DNA of 63,700 nucleotides, filler included, from Craspedostauros australis (Eukaryota), in assembly GCA_030167865.1 (NCBI GenBank). It is 11 parts of 11 records of this genome, joined end to end, with 100 filler letters (N's around TTAATTAATTAA, not from the genome) between each part and the next. Parts side by side here need not be neighbours in the genome. Positions count along the whole stretch, not along the records: positions 33,714 to 36,794 come from JALAGF010004564.1; positions 36,895 to 39,627 come from JALAGF010004565.1; positions 39,728 to 43,026 come from JALAGF010004566.1; positions 43,127 to 46,760 come from JALAGF010004568.1; positions 46,861 to 57,809 come from JALAGF010004569.1; 6 more parts are not named here. One strand, written 5' to 3'. Positions within the stretch are counted from its first letter, which is position 1, and each line of letters opens with the position of its first letter. Shown piece after piece: positions 33,714 through 47,099 of this stretch. The position numbers were made by a program, and so were the translations under genes. Under the pieces are notes generated by a model. It was not told where the DNA came from. It ran no database searches and was given only the letters and a program-made list of their open reading frames with translations.

Positions 33714-35658
33714 GTTCGTCGAAGTGGCACTGGTTGCAAGCCTCGCCTGGTGTTGTCGGGATTTGAGTGCACACGCCGTCGCCAAGGGTGATGTCGGCGT
33801 TGAAGTAGAATCCGTATCCCATGAATTGGCACGAGTACAGTGCGGTGCAGGCCAACGCTCCGATTCTGGTGTTGCCCTCGAACTGGTTGTAGTAAGTTTC
33901 ATCGATAATATTACCCACCAGGTCGTACTCCGTGTAGGTGTAGTGCGAATTGACGTAGGAGCACGAACCGTTGTTTGCGCAGGAGCCCCTGCCGATGTTG
34001 ACAAACGAATTTCGCTTGTTGTCCGTGCCCATGTTGCCTCTCGTCGGGGTGGAAGTGAGGTACTCGGCAGTTCCGGCTCCCAGTGCCGCGCACGAATTCG
34101 TTCCGAGGCAAGAAAATGGTTGGACGATGCTGTATCCGTTGGCCTGTGCTCCGAGGGAGTAGCACGCGGAGCCGCCCAGGCAGGAGAATGGGCCGATGAT
34201 GCCAGTCCTCTCACTACCGGAGTTGAAGTTGAAGTAGGAGCAGGCTTTGTCCTGGCCGGGGTTTTGGCAGCTCGACTGGAACACGATCGTTTGCGGTTCG
34301 AGGTTGTCGCAGGAGTTCATTCCGATGCAGCTATTGGCGCTGATGCTGGCGACGCCGACCCAGCTGCAGTCGGCGGCACCTCCGGGGCAGCAGGTGTTGC
34401 CAGACTGTTGGCAAAAAGCGATGGCATCTGTGGCAGTACCCGTGAAGACTTCTCCAGTCGCGCTGGCGGCCTCCTGGAACTGGGCGAGGACTCCGGAGTT
34501 GTCCTTGATTCTGTCGAAGAGCGCGACTCCTTCAGTAATGCTGTCCTGGTTGGCAAAAATGCTGAGAAGATCGGTCTCGTTCTCGATGGTGGCGAGTAGG
34601 TTCTGGCCGTTGGTGTCTGATGGTGTTCCCAACTCCGCCAAGAACTGAACAATATTCGGCGCCAGGCCGCTGGTTGGTGCCGAAGTGGGTGTTGACGTAG
34701 GTGCTGATGTAGGTGCCGACGTGGGTGCTGATGTAGGTGCCGAAGTGGGTGCTGATGTAGGTGCCGAAGTAGGGGCAGACGTAGGTGCGCTGGTCGGTGC
34801 CGAAGTAGGGGCAGAAGTGGGAGCGCTCGTCGGCGCCGAAGTAGGGGCAGACGTTGGTGCGCTGGTCGGTGCCGCCGTGGGTGCGGTGGGTGCTGACGTT
34901 GGCTGCGAAGTCGGTGGGATGGTCCCGGATCGTGTCGGGCCCGCAGTTGGTGCTGCTGTTGGTGCGGTTGGGGACGATGTCGGTGCGCTGGTCGGCGCTG
35001 ATGTCGGGATGCTTGTCGGGGCCGATGTCGGGGCGCTTGTCGGAGCCGATGTCGGTGCGCTGGTCGGTGCTGATGTTGGGGCGCTTGTCGGAGCCGATGT
35101 CGGTGCGCTGGTCGGTGCTGATGTTGGGGCGCTTGTCGGAGCCGATGTCGGTGCGCTGGTCGGTGCTGATGTTGGGGCGCTTGTCGGAGCCGATGTCGGG
35201 GCGCTGGTCGGTGCTGATGTCGGTGCGCTGGTCGGTGCTGATGTTGGGGCGCTTGTCGGTGTCCTGGTCGGTGTGCTGGTCGGTGCCATGGTGACGTCTC
35301 CGTTCTTGGCGCCCTTGTTCATCTTCATGCCGTCCTTGTTCATCTTGCCGTCATCACTGTCGCTGGTCATCATGGTGGGTCCTTCCGTGGTCTTGGCCTT
35401 CTTCTTGTCCATCCCCCCGCCCGCACCAGCGGAGCTGTCCATGTCCTCCTTGGTGCGGCGGAGCCTCCTGGTGAGTCCGGTGATCTTCTCAACCGTCTTC
35501 TCCGAGTCGTCTCCGTAGTAAGTCCACGCGAGCTTGTTGGCTCCGACCTTGGCATCGTCTCTGGAGGGTGAATGCATGCCGGCAAGGAGCTTCTCATCTT
35601 CGACGGCGGAGGCGGCAGCGATGTGCGCCAAAACGAGTGAGCTGATGCGATACTTCAT
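33714..35658 (-). CDS. Secreted mucin-like PTSA-repeat protein with Cys-rich C-terminal repeats (3' truncated)
   Basis: Signal peptide MKYRISSLVLAHIAAASA, >40 PT[SA]x tetrapeptides, then IGxxSCxGxxxC repeats. Confidence 0.9.
34672..35285 (-). repeat. 12-bp coding minisatellite (PTSA) with a 48-bp higher-order period in 35030-35260
   Basis: GGGGCGCTTGTCGGAGCCGATGTCGGTGCGCTGGTCGGTGCTGATGTT recurs on the + strand. Confidence 0.95.
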
Positions 35659-36894
35659 GGTTGATGTGTGTGCGTGGTATCTGAGTTGAGTATTGATAGA
35701 CTAACGTGGAGGGAGGGCAGGGGGCGGATATTAGATATTGAAGCGTCTGCATTGTGGAGAGGTGCACGGTGCCATGCGTGCCGCACGAGTGAGTAGACCG
35801 AAGACGCCAGTGGGCAAAGGTATAGCGGCGGAATGGCAGGCAAAGATGCGGAAAAGAAGAGAAATGTGAGACAAAATGCCCAAGTTTGCTCCGGCGTTCT
35901 CCACTTGATTGGTATTGCGGGAGATCGCGTATCGCGGACTTATCACAGATGCATCGCACATCATCCATCGCTCTGGATCTCGTCTCGCGATGAGTGAAGG
36001 AGCTGCCGTGAACGGCTTGCACACAAAAAACGCAGTGGACCAGCGGAGGCGAGGACCGCAGGAGAATGACTATTTCCTATTCATCCTGGCACCACCCTCT
36101 GCATGTTTTTCATGTTGTGCCGTCCTGCACCCGGTCTTCGCGTTCTGTTTGATGAAGATACAAGACGACACATGGAATGGACCACGTGCTTGGCGTTGCT
36201 CTCGATCGGATCCATGCCGAAGGCCCATGGGCCCTTTGGTTTGTTGTATTGCCTGCGGTCCATGATCGCATCACTGGCACAGCTCCAGTGCACAAGCCGC
36301 ATCATAGAATTCGCCGCATCCAATCACATGAAAACAACCTTCCGACATACAGTATCATTGTGTATGCATGGTGATGTGCTAGTGCGTGTGTGGCAACTAT
36401 GCCTGGCGCAGCGCGGTGTGACTCACCGTGATGTTCGTGCTGTTTGCTGTCGCGGAATGGGAGTGATTGATTGCGTCTGCGTTTGAGCTGGAGCGGCCTT
36501 GAGATTTGTGAGAACGAAAATTGATGTTGGGATGGGACAACGGAGGTACGCAGAGAGTAGGTGCTTCCGCGGTGGTTGGCGGTTGTGCTCTGCAGGTGTG
36601 GACGCTGAAGACTGATCGTTTTTGAATCATTCTCCGCTTTCAGCCAACGTTTTCGTTTGCGTCATCATCTGCGCGTCTCGTGTCGCCGCGTGCTACATCA
36701 CAACAACGCGGCTCTGAACACCATCATGGCACCGTCGTGCCGTCGAAGCGCGCTGCAGTGCAGACCAGGGCCTGTTGTGCACAACAACAACACCNNNNNN
36801 NNNNNNNNNNNNNNNNNNNNNNNNNNNNNNNNNNNNNNTTAATTAATTAANNNNNNNNNNNNNNNNNNNNNNNNNNNNNNNNNNNNNNNNNNNN

Positions 36895-39627
36895 CATAAG
36901 TCCTTGCATGACGCAGTTTTGGTAATTGAGGATACCAATGCCAAATTCTCCGACCTCCATCGAGCGGTGATACCCTTTCTTGTGATCCCGCAGGGCATCT
37001 TCGAAAGTGGACCTGAACCCGTTGACGTAGCTCGCGGAAGTCAATCGGAACATGCCTTCCAGATGTCTTCCATCGACCTGCTCGAGGATCAGGTCGCCGA
37101 TCTTCATACAACGCTGGGCCAGGGCTTGCTCTTTCGTGCCACATAGTCGAAGTCCATATGTACCGAAGGCGCCTGCCATCTCTGCGCAGATGCCGTGCTT
37201 GATGGATGTGCACAGCATCTTGCACGTGTTCAAGATGTTAAAGTCCACTTTGTTGATGGCATTGGAGCACATGTTGAAGTCTGCACGAATCATCATGGCA
37301 GTGAGCTTCTTCTTATCCGTCATCCATGATCTTGCGAGGATCTTTTCGTTGGTGTTGTTCTTTAGGAAGTGCTTAACCTTCATCCTGGTCATCATAGTGT
37401 GCAGCGAGTACCATCGGCTGGGGAACGCTTTCAACGATTGAAGCAGACGCAGCTCCATCTCCATGCAGTCTCTGTGACGATCCTGCCTGGTCAAGGCTCT
37501 GGCCATGGAGAAGTGGGTGAGCGCCTTGTCGTCCGGTGATCTGGCTCTCTCCAGCACCTCGTCGCACAGCTTGTAGCCGACTTCGTAGTTGCCGATCGAC
37601 AACTCGACGTCGGCGCGTGCCCGATAGACCCGCAGGCAGATGTCGTAGTGCTCATCACTGTCCCAGATCGATGGGCTGGCAGCGGCTTGGGTACCGGTCG
37701 ATCCTTTGGTCTTGGAGGAGGTGTTGGGAGATGAGCCAGTTCTCACTCGCTGCAATGCTTCATGCGCCATTCGCAAGTACCCGGCGGCTGCTTCGAGCGC
37801 TGCCATCTCTGTGGCCTTCTCGCCAACCTCCAGATTCATGATGGCGGAGAACATGTGATCTTTGGTCTGCACGGTGTTCAAGTGATCCGCAGCCACGAAC
37901 AACAGGCCATCGTCTACTTCTGACGTAGTAACAGTCGAAGTGAACGTTTCGGTTGACGTTACTGAGTCTGTGGACTGGGAGGGCATTGCGACCTTGCCTT
38001 GTGGGTGACTTTTGCGTTGCTTCTTAGGCTCGTGGTCAGTCCCATGATTCGCATCGTTGCCATGCTCTTCTTCCTCGTCCTCTTGAAGACGAGTCTGCAT
38101 GCGTCGGTACATCTGCAGCAAGCAGTGACCGATCCGCACGCGCAACTTGTCACGAGCCTCGCCGGCTGGGATCATGCCTTGTGCGGCCTGCTGGATGCGA
38201 TCGTGCGCGAAGTGGTACTTGGTACCACCGATGGGGTTTGAGATGAGACGCTCCAGAACCGCATGGTCCAGCATACTGGAGAGTTCTTGCTTGGAGGAGA
38301 TGCGGGCCATGGAATCGATCTCTCCATCCACGTGCTTGCGCTCGCTTTCGAGCACCCGATGCAGCACCGAGATGTCGAACATCGATCGGATGTAGGCCGC
38401 AATGGACAACACCTGCTGCAGCTGCATGGGAAGGTCTCGCAGCTTGGATTCGATGATGCCGATGATGTTATCGCTGATGGGCAGTTGGGCGCTACCGGCG
38501 TTGCTGTCGTCGTCATCCCCTGGGTTGGAAAGACTCCACTCCCATCGGTGAGAGATGGAGTTGAAGGCGAGAATGTCCTTTCTCTCCAGCTCTTCGAGAG
38601 CTTGCAGGGTGAAGAAGACGTTTCCATCTGTCTTGGAGTGGAGCTTCTCGGATAGATCTTCGATGTCGTTGCAGTCCAGCATGCTCGAGAGCCATGCAGT
38701 CATGTCATCCAGCGTGAGGTTGGTGATCGTGATCTGCTGGAGGGTTCGCGGAGGGCGGCGCTTACCAGCCTGAGACAATGATGTGGTTGCGGACGTGGTT
38801 GATCTATCATCAGGGCCTTCTGCCTTTTGGTTGCTGTCATTGGCAGTATCCTCTGCTGACAACGGCGTGACGAGGCACCGTGCCAGCGGGTGGTCTGGCG
38901 TGAGGTCCAGTGGTTCGTCAGTATGCGGGTTAGTGTCCTGGCGGATGGCACCAAGCAGAAGGAAGTTTTGCAACCCGGAATCAGCTACCAACCAGGCGAT
39001 GAGGCTGAGGCCCACCTCGGCAGACCACTGCAGATCGTCGAGGAACATGTAGATGGGTCGTTCCTTCGTCGAGACTGCCTTAATGAACTGTACGAAGATG
39101 TACTGGAGCTGGTTCCACATCTTTTCTGTCATGGCTCCACCCGCCGCTGGTGAAGATCCATCGCCGTTGGCGGTGCTGGCGTTCATGCTGGTGCTGTAGT
39201 TATCGCGCCGGCTGACGGATTGGCTCATGACAGAAGCGCCGCCTCGGGCTGACTTGGATGTCAAGATGGAGAGAGATGGCACCACTTTCACCAAGGGACG
39301 AAGCCCGCCGTTGGGGAATGCTGCTCGCGCGCATTCACGCATGCGATCGAGTTCTTCCTTGGGTCCGTTCTTGAGTTGGGTTGTGAAGTCTTGAATGGCC
39401 TGGGCGATGGCCGAGAATGGGTCACTCTTTCCTGTGTACTCGTCATACTTTCCACGCAGGACGTAGCAGCAGGAGCAGGAGGGTGCTGCATCGCCTGCAC
39501 CCGCTTGTTCAGTCTTCGTTTGCTTCTGGTTGGAGCCCTTGCCGCAAATGCAGCATGTCTCCAGGAAGTGATCAACGAGAGCGGACTTTCCTGTACCGCT
39601 GACACCCCAGACCAGTACAGCTGGATG
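36895..39627 (-). CDS. STAND-like P-loop ATPase (AAA_16/COG3899-type) with helical/TPR-like C-terminus, partial at both ends
   Basis: The frame is open across the whole contig. Walker A GVSGTGKS (upstream of the track start), GKYDE, Walker B FLDDLQW, KTDGNVFF, FAHDRIQQAA. Confidence 0.88.
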
Positions 39628-39727
39628 NNNNNNNNNNNNNNNNNNNNNNNNNNNNNNNNNNNNNNNNNNNNTTAATTAATTAANNNNNNNNNNNNNNNNN
39701 NNNNNNNNNNNNNNNNNNNNNNNNNNN

Positions 39728-40583
39728 AGATCTCGATCGTCTAGTTGCGGATGTCAATCGGTTGTTGCGAGATGGCAGCAGTGAAACACATGAAGCGAAT
39801 GAAGTCAATGAGACAGATGCAACTCCAAATGGCATGAAAGAAGCCTGGGATGCCCTGAAGCTCAGCAACCGAACTAGTACCACACCATTCATGAGAATCG
39901 ATGATGCATATCATGTATCATCCAGCTTCCATCCCACATTCCAAGCGACGGCTCGTGAATACATCTACATCCTTCCTTTGCGCAAGACAGTATGTCTTCA
40001 ATATGCCAGACTCATGGTGAAGACGGTGAACCAGTTCTTCGCATCTGTCATGAACCAATCGATGGATTACACCTCGTTGAGCAAAGGCAGGATATTGACA
40101 CAGTCGGCGGATTGCACCATTCAAGCAGGACGATGTTGGTTGGTAACGGGTTCGGGCAGAGTCGATGTTGAAGACGTAGATGAAGTATCCAATGATCAGC
40201 AGCAGCTCCGCACATCTGGCATCGCTGAGTTGGAGGATGCCATTCCGGGCTTCAACAAGGTATGGCGCAAGCATGAACAGGAAGGATCAACCTCATCATC
40301 ATCATCACCATCATCAGCAGTTGTATCAGTAGGGGCGGCGGTAGGGCCGGAATACGATGGCGCTCTCGTCTTTCAAATCCGCGCAAACCGATTTCTCAAA
40401 CGGATGATTCGCAAGATGGTGAACTCGCTGCTGCTGGATGCCTCAGCCACCATCGAAGAGCCACAGGGCAACGACGAACAGCCCAACCGATGGATACGAA
40501 GGATCGAGAGGATGGATCGCTCATACAATTGTGCAGCGCCGCCCGGTGGTCTGTGTTTGTGGAGGATCTACTTTGAAGAATGA
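39728..40583 (+). CDS. TruA-family tRNA pseudouridine synthase, C-terminal part
   Basis: FHPTFQATAREYIYILP, QIRANRFLKRMIRKMV, AAPPGGLCLWRIYF. Confidence 0.8.
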
Positions 40584-40707
40584 ACAGGAATGGTCTTCGT
40601 GACAATCATCGACAATTGTAGGCAGGTGGTACGATGTATCTCAGGATGTATCAGCTGTGGTATCTCGCTGTTGTATTCAACAATGGAGGTGTGATTTGTT
40701 TCACAGC

Positions 40708-43026
40708 CTAGTTTAGCAACGTGACTGTTGTCATGATTGATAACGCCATCACCAGCATGACGGATACCGTGGAAGGGATCATTGGTGAGAAAGCTGAGCT
40801 GGTAGGTGCAGTGGTGGAGGCTGAAGTAGGGTGCATCGAAGATGCCCCGCTGGGTGTGTTGCTTGGAGGGTTTGACGGCGAAGGCGACGGTGCGGATGGT
40901 TCAGGCGATGGCACAGCCGACGGCATCCTCGAGCTTCCGCCGCAGAACTCCAACGATCCCATGAAGAATTCATAGTAACCTTCGCAAGCGGCATCAGGAT
41001 ACTCTTCAGCCTCTTCGCTTGACAACCCTGGGAACATGATGAACGGGCATCCCTCACATTCGAACCAGTGTGGTGGTGTAGGCTCGTAGTCCAACGTGGC
41101 CTCACCCAATAGTTTTGTCTGCGTATCCACACGGATGGCGACCACGCCGTCGGCCTCCGAAACAGACAGTGGTGGATCAAATGTGATCACAGCTGTGAAA
41201 TCTTCGCTCCCTCTCGCCTCGATTGTGCCGGACGCGATTTCTGTCCAGGCACCAGGTATGACCCACGTGCTTGGACGGTAGAAGATGGTGTATGGTTGGC
41301 TCCCAGTCGATGGCAACACGAGCCTCATGCCCGTGATGTCGATGCCGCTCAATATCTCAATATCGTATCGCACAGATGCAATCCGACGTGTAAAGAAATC
41401 ACGTGGGAGACCTGCCGTCTCTCCACTGCGACATGAAGTAGTCGGTGCCTGTGTGGGAACGACAGATGGTTGGGTCGTTGGTGATACTGTCGTTGAAGGA
41501 GAAGCCGATCCAGTTGGCATCTCAGTGTCTAGGCCATAGCAGAAATCGAGTGAACCGATGAAGTAGGGGAAGTAACCGGGGTCGAAGCTGGGCGCACTGT
41601 CTCCAATTTCAAAACTGGCTTGTCCAGAATACACATCAAATGGGCAAAATGGACATGAGAAAATGTAGGATGGTGCGATGCGTGCGGAGCTCCGGCCTGA
41701 GAATTGAAATTGATTGGCCATGTCGATGCGGAAGGAAACAGTGCCAGTATTCGCTGGCAGGAGCAGAGGTGAATCAAACGGAAGGGTGGCCGTATAGTCG
41801 TCCGAATCTGTTTTTCCGTTGTTTCCCGATGCGATCTGAGTCCAATTGCCATCCACCTCCCAGGTATCTGGTCGGAAGAAGATCGTGTAAGGCATATTGG
41901 AAAAGCCAGGAGCCACGAAAAGCCGCATTCCGGTGATCTGAAAGTCCCTAATTGTACGCAAATCGAATCTGAAGGACTTCGTGATGTGATCATCGTCAAC
42001 CAAGCTTCGACGGGACCTTGTGTATTCCCACTCTCCGCACCCTGCTATTGGAGTTAGGCTGGGGAGTGCGCTTGGTGTGTTGGAAGGTGGTGCTGATACT
42101 GATGGCGCAAAAGAAACGGATGGTACAATGGATGGCGATTGGCTGAACTCCCCTTTCACGCTCACTGTCGCACACATTGGTGTCGCTGATTCATCATCGA
42201 TGTTGGAAACGGAAATGACGAGGCCATCCAAGAGCTTTGTAGATCCAAACTCAATGATCCTGTACGACGGTTGGGTCATATTCAGAATGGCCTCTAACTT
42301 GGATCTGCTCCCATCGCGTGGAGCCTGATCATGCGCTGATGTGACGAGCACTTGGTTTCTGCCCAGTGGCGAATCGGCATTGAAACCGATGGCTCGGTTA
42401 AACGCGACGTAGTAGTTGAAAAGGCTCTCGGGATCATCGATTCGGATGATGACATGGTAGCTTGTATCGGTGGGATCATAGTCTACCACACCACAGAGTC
42501 TCCCTTCGAAGTCGATGTTTTGGCCTCCCGTGAGTGTGACGGTCTGATCAGAATACCATCCCATTTCCCAACTCTTGGCCCCTTTGAGATGGGCGTGTTC
42601 GATTTCAGTTGGTTCCGTTTGGGATGTGATTAGATGTGCGGAACATGGCATGCCGTATGGTGAGTGCACGCGTTGTGGTTTTAGTTTTGGTGGGAGAGAC
42701 AAAACAAGCACGGCAAGGCAATTGCATTGGGGAGACGAGTCAGTGGCCACACGAGTGTGGCGGGAATAGCCCAACGTGCCCCGGTCGATGAACGTCATAG
42801 ATTGGGTGCAATTTCGATCAGCAATTCCCGACAAGTGCATACAAAGGGATCAGTGAGAGCTCCACTGGTTGAGTCCCCCAGATTCCGCCCGCTGCGTCAT
42901 GCAGAGTGTTCTTTCGATGATGAAATTGGCTGTCTCAGGATAAGGCATCGATCGGGCTCTGCATTAATGGACATGTGATCTGCCGCCATCAGATCTGAGG
43001 ATGCTTACCGTTGTAACCCGAGAGCG
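40708..43026 (-). CDS. Gametolysin (peptidase M11)-like protein, C-terminal part, with duplicated domain and GPI-type tail; exons 43009..>43026 and 40708..42581
   Basis: Splicing GTAAGC(43008)..AAAG(42582) restores YNG|AKSWEMGWY. Also YYVAFNRAIGFN, PS/PT linkers and a hydrophobic C-terminus. Catalytic HExxH is not in the contig. Confidence 0.75.
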
Positions 43027-43179
43027 NNNNNNNNNNNNNNNNNNNNNNNNNNNNNNNNNNNNNNNNNNNNTTAATTAATTAANNNNNNNNNNNNNNNNNN
43101 NNNNNNNNNNNNNNNNNNNNNNNNNNTGCAAAGGAGAGACCTCAAGACACACAGAAGACGATCCTATCTAGCGTTAGTG

Positions 43180-43210
43180 GTTGTTGTTGTTGTTGTTGTT
43201 GTTGTTGTTG
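43180..43210 (+). repeat. (GTT)n microsatellite
   Basis: About 10 units. Confidence 0.95.
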
Positions 43211-43395
43211 CTGCTATTTCGAGCTGTGGTCCTCGAAATTGTGTTCTCTCCTTCTCTGACAGGATTCTGTTGCTGACACATGCTCACGTACGAAACTGCT
43301 ACACCGTTGGCGCGTAGGAGTCATTGCACAAGACCAGATGACCGCAACGGTCGACTGACAGACGGTACGACCCGTATGATCCCAAAACTCGTTCT

Positions 43396-43458
43396 TAATT
43401 TTTCAGAACAGACAGGTTTCACCCCCCAACACCTCCGGTCACGTGAAAAACCTGCACA
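43396..43458 (+). repeat. LTR 3'-end fragment related to the 50669-50858 LTR
   Basis: TAATTTTTCAGAACAGACAGGTTTCACCCC...CCGGTCACGTGAAAAACCTGCACA matches 50793-50858. Confidence 0.75.
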
Positions 43459-44496
43459 GTGTCAGATTCAAAAAACTGACTCGTTCGACTGTTGGTGCTG
43501 TTACACGAATGTTGAGATTTGGCATGACGTCACGGACCAGACGAAGGTCAGACCCGAACCCCGACTAACATTGCATGTAAATCAGGCTAGTCACGTGTCT
43601 GTACCACGACCGAACGTGTGACGGTGTCTATGACCCACTCGAGTGACGGGACCTGCAGTCGGTCCTGGGGTGGTGGCAACATACGGGGCTTTCGACCAAA
43701 GAACTCACATATTCATAAACTAGGTAGATTTATAAGAATTATATTGGACGCCGATTTTGCTTTAATAGAGAATTCTCGCAAGCAGCCACTTCCCGATTTC
43801 AAGCACCCACGAAGACAGAGATGTGACACCGGTTTGGTTTGCTCCGAAATCGCAAAAAGTTGTTCGGAGCAATCAAGTTCTGAGCGTTTCATGAACAAAA
43901 CAGTACTTGAACAGTTCCTTGGTGGCACTGTATCAGTTCCCGTAAGTCTATCCCTCAATCATGTCGAGTCTACTACCCTCGGTTGCGTTTGCCACTGTTG
44001 AACAATTTTCAATGGATTTGTCGTTTCATTTATGTGACTATCACTCTCTGTTCTTGAATACCATGCTTCGTTGCTTTTGCATCTGCGTTCTTAGAGGCTT
44101 GTCATTCTCTGCCAAGGTGTCCTCGTCCGGTGAGAAGTTCGAAAGTGCTCGTCACAAACCCAAACACTCTCTCCACTCTTAACCATCTCCAGCATGAGCA
44201 ATAAGACTTGAAATAACGTTTATGAGCAACTTTCTTGCCAACGTGCCAGACTTGCGTTCATCAACACAGCAACCAGCCTAATTGACATGCGTGAGCAGTC
44301 TACATCTGGACAGAAGAGCACAGTCTACAACGAAAGCAATTTATGATTGGTCAGTTCCAAAATTGCTACATGTGGAAGACCTTTTCGTGGGACACAACGA
44401 AATCAGGAAGAAATGATTATCTCGGTTTCAAGAGCCCATTTGAAACCAGATTCCGATTCTGGTTTTCGGGGCGACCCCACAAGAAATGTCTCTATC

Positions 44497-45297
44497 TGTT
44501 GGAAATCCGGGGTAACCCAGTCTCTAGTAGTAGTCTCTGATTACCTATTCCTGTTGTTGCATTGTTGGAACTGTGAGAACATCTTCTTCATTTCTTGCAT
44601 CTTCAAATCCATTGCCCATGATAATAGCAGTAGCACCCTGTAGTTGCTCTTGTATTCATCATTGCAGAGCTTGTTCATCATACACATCTCATCATGCATT
44701 CCAGGTGTATTTCATCATGTTCTTCCATGGTGATTCCCTTCTACACTCCTGCAGTACATGCATGCTGATGTCAAGTTTCACTCTCTTCCGATCCGACATC
44801 AATCACCCATTCAGTGCACTCTTTCGCGTTGTTCACTCACTTTTCTCACATGTTCACCAATGATCACACTTGGTCAGAACATGGAGTTCTGGCACGATCA
44901 GTCCAGTCCTTCGATGCTGTTCCAGTCCGCGCTTTGTTCTCCTTCGCGGTTCTCCGTCAATCACACGATCGTGTTCTGAGTTCCGAGCGACTCAACTGTG
45001 ATAGCGCTTCTCCATAGATGTTTGTTTCACCGGTCAACCATCGTGCTTGGAACACTTCGGTGTTCCAGTCTCTCTTTTACATCCAAGGTTCGCCATCTTT
45101 GTCCGTTAGTCATCACGAACACATCATGTCATTCGTCCGTCCGTTGTCCGTCATACTCTTGACACACAGAGGAGGATGGCTCACAATCGACTTGGGAGTG
45201 TGTCCGACTTTGGTAGATCGACTAGTCTATTTTTGGTATTATGGGAGGTGCGGCAATCTAGGATAACACGACATAGTCGTACCCTCGATTCCTGACA
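44497..45297 (-). repeat. Putative 3' LTR (~800 bp) of the minus-strand copia, preceded by a PPT
   Basis: After the RNase H stop, purine tract AATGGAAGGG (45298-45307) is followed by TGTCAGG. Candidate end GGGTTACCCCGGATTTCCAACA resembles the family A LTR end. Confidence 0.6.
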
Positions 45298-45343
45298 CCC
45301 TTCCATTGTCGCATCGACATCATACCATAGACTCCACACTCCA

Positions 45344-46760
45344 TCACATTCTTGCACCACCATCCCTCATGCTCTCCTTTCGGTCCATTGCCGACTGAGG
45401 CTGGATGATGTCTCCCTTTGTGTCCTTGGTGAAACTGTCAGCGATGTTGTCCTCTGAACGTGCGAACCGGGCTCTAGCCTCTCTGTTCGCAATCAGTTCC
45501 CAGATGCAGTGATGTCGGATATCGATGTGCCTTGTTCTCACAGATGTCGGCAGGTTGGAAGTAATGAAGATTGATCCCACGTTGTCGACCATCACGTCTG
45601 CTGGCTTGTGCATCTCCAGTCCGATATCACTCATCAGTTGCGTCAGGAAGCAGATCTCCTTGCCTGCTTCTGACAGTGCAACGTACCCTGCCTCCGTTGA
45701 GCTCAGTGTCACGCTGCGTTGTGCCTTCGATCTCCAGATGATAGGCACTCCCTGTAGTAGGACGAGGTGTCCTCCCACACTGATGCGATTGTCCTTGTCA
45801 CCAGCGAACTCGCTGTCGGTGTGCACCACAATCTTCCATGCATCGTTCTCCAATGGACTCGGTCTCATCTTCAGTCCATACTCTCTCGTATCCGTCACGA
45901 ACTCCATGACCCTCAGCATCTCCTTGTATGCTGCAGCTGTTGGTCCATCCAACACCTTGGTCAATTCTTGCACTGCGTTTGCGATGTTGGGTCATGAGTG
46001 CTTCACCAGGTATAGCAGCATACCTACTCCACTTCGGTATTTGCTGCGTCGCTGTTTGTTCACCTTCGGCGAGTCACTCTCTCTCTCTCTCTCTCTCTCT
46101 CTGGATGCCTTGCCCTGGTGTTCCTGGTGTTCCGTATCATTGCAGCTTCATCACGTCGTCCTTGAAAGTGTTGACAATGTTCTTGATGATGTGTGGTTGG
46201 TTCACCCAGCAGTTGGTCTCATCACGGTTGAAGTTCATCTTGCAACTGAGGTAGTCTTTGAGATCTTCCTCCACCTTGATACTGAACCACTCTGCCTTGA
46301 AGTCTCCCACAAGATCCTTCAGCTCCTGTTCATCCCCGATGCACAGGCAGTCGTCAACGTAGGTTCCGATTGGTAGCAGTCTCCCTTCCTGATTCCGAAT
46401 CAGGAGGCATGGATCCACCTTGCTCTGTCTGAATCCCAGTTTGATCAGGATGTCGACCAGCCTCTTGGTCCACTGTCTGGCGCTCTGCACAAGCCCATAG
46501 ATCATCTTCTTGAGCAACAGGCATTCGTTCTCGCCATGCTCCTCATCTGATCATATCGTAGAACTCCTTGTTGATAGCCTTCCGCCATTTCGTACCCTTC
46601 GATGAATCTGCATGATCTCAGCATCCTTCGAATGCGGTGGGGTCCAACATCATACCTGTGTATGCATGCTCGGACGTCTCATCCCTTCTCTCATGGTTGC
46701 TGGGGTCTTCTCAGCTTCCTCAGCTGACTCACCACCTCCACTGCTTGATTCTGAGTCGGA
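45344..46760 (-). pseudogene. Degenerate Ty1/copia RT-RNase H
   Basis: LKKMIYGLVQSARQW, TYVDD, TDSEFAGD, VTLSSTEAGY, RTRHIDIRHH, NIADSFTK. Stops, frameshifts and a (CT)n tract near 46077-46102. Confidence 0.93.
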
Positions 46761-47099
46761 NNNNNNNNNNNNNNNNNNNNNNNNNNNNNNNNNNNNNNNN
46801 NNNNTTAATTAATTAANNNNNNNNNNNNNNNNNNNNNNNNNNNNNNNNNNNNNNNNNNNNCTTTTGCACCTCATCTTCACGCAGTAACACGCACATTTGC
46901 CGTGTTGTCTCCGTGTTAATTTCACTTGCAAATTGCATGAGACCTGTCATGTCTCTCTCATGCTCACAGTTCNNNNNNNNNNNNNNNNNNNNNNNNNNNN
47001 NNNNNNNNNNNNNNNNNNNNNNNNNACAGTAAACAAACACTCTCCTCACCAACAACAACGACTTGATCACTCTACGTTCTCGGTGCGGTATCCTTCACA

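Noticed and set aside
34685..35518. 277-aa VGAD/VGAL ORF on the + strand
   Set aside because: It is the antisense shadow of the PTSA repeat.
43465..43476. GATTCAAA as a tRNA-Gln(UUG) half PBS after the LTR fragment
   Set aside because: Only 8 nt match, offset from the LTR end, and no gag follows.
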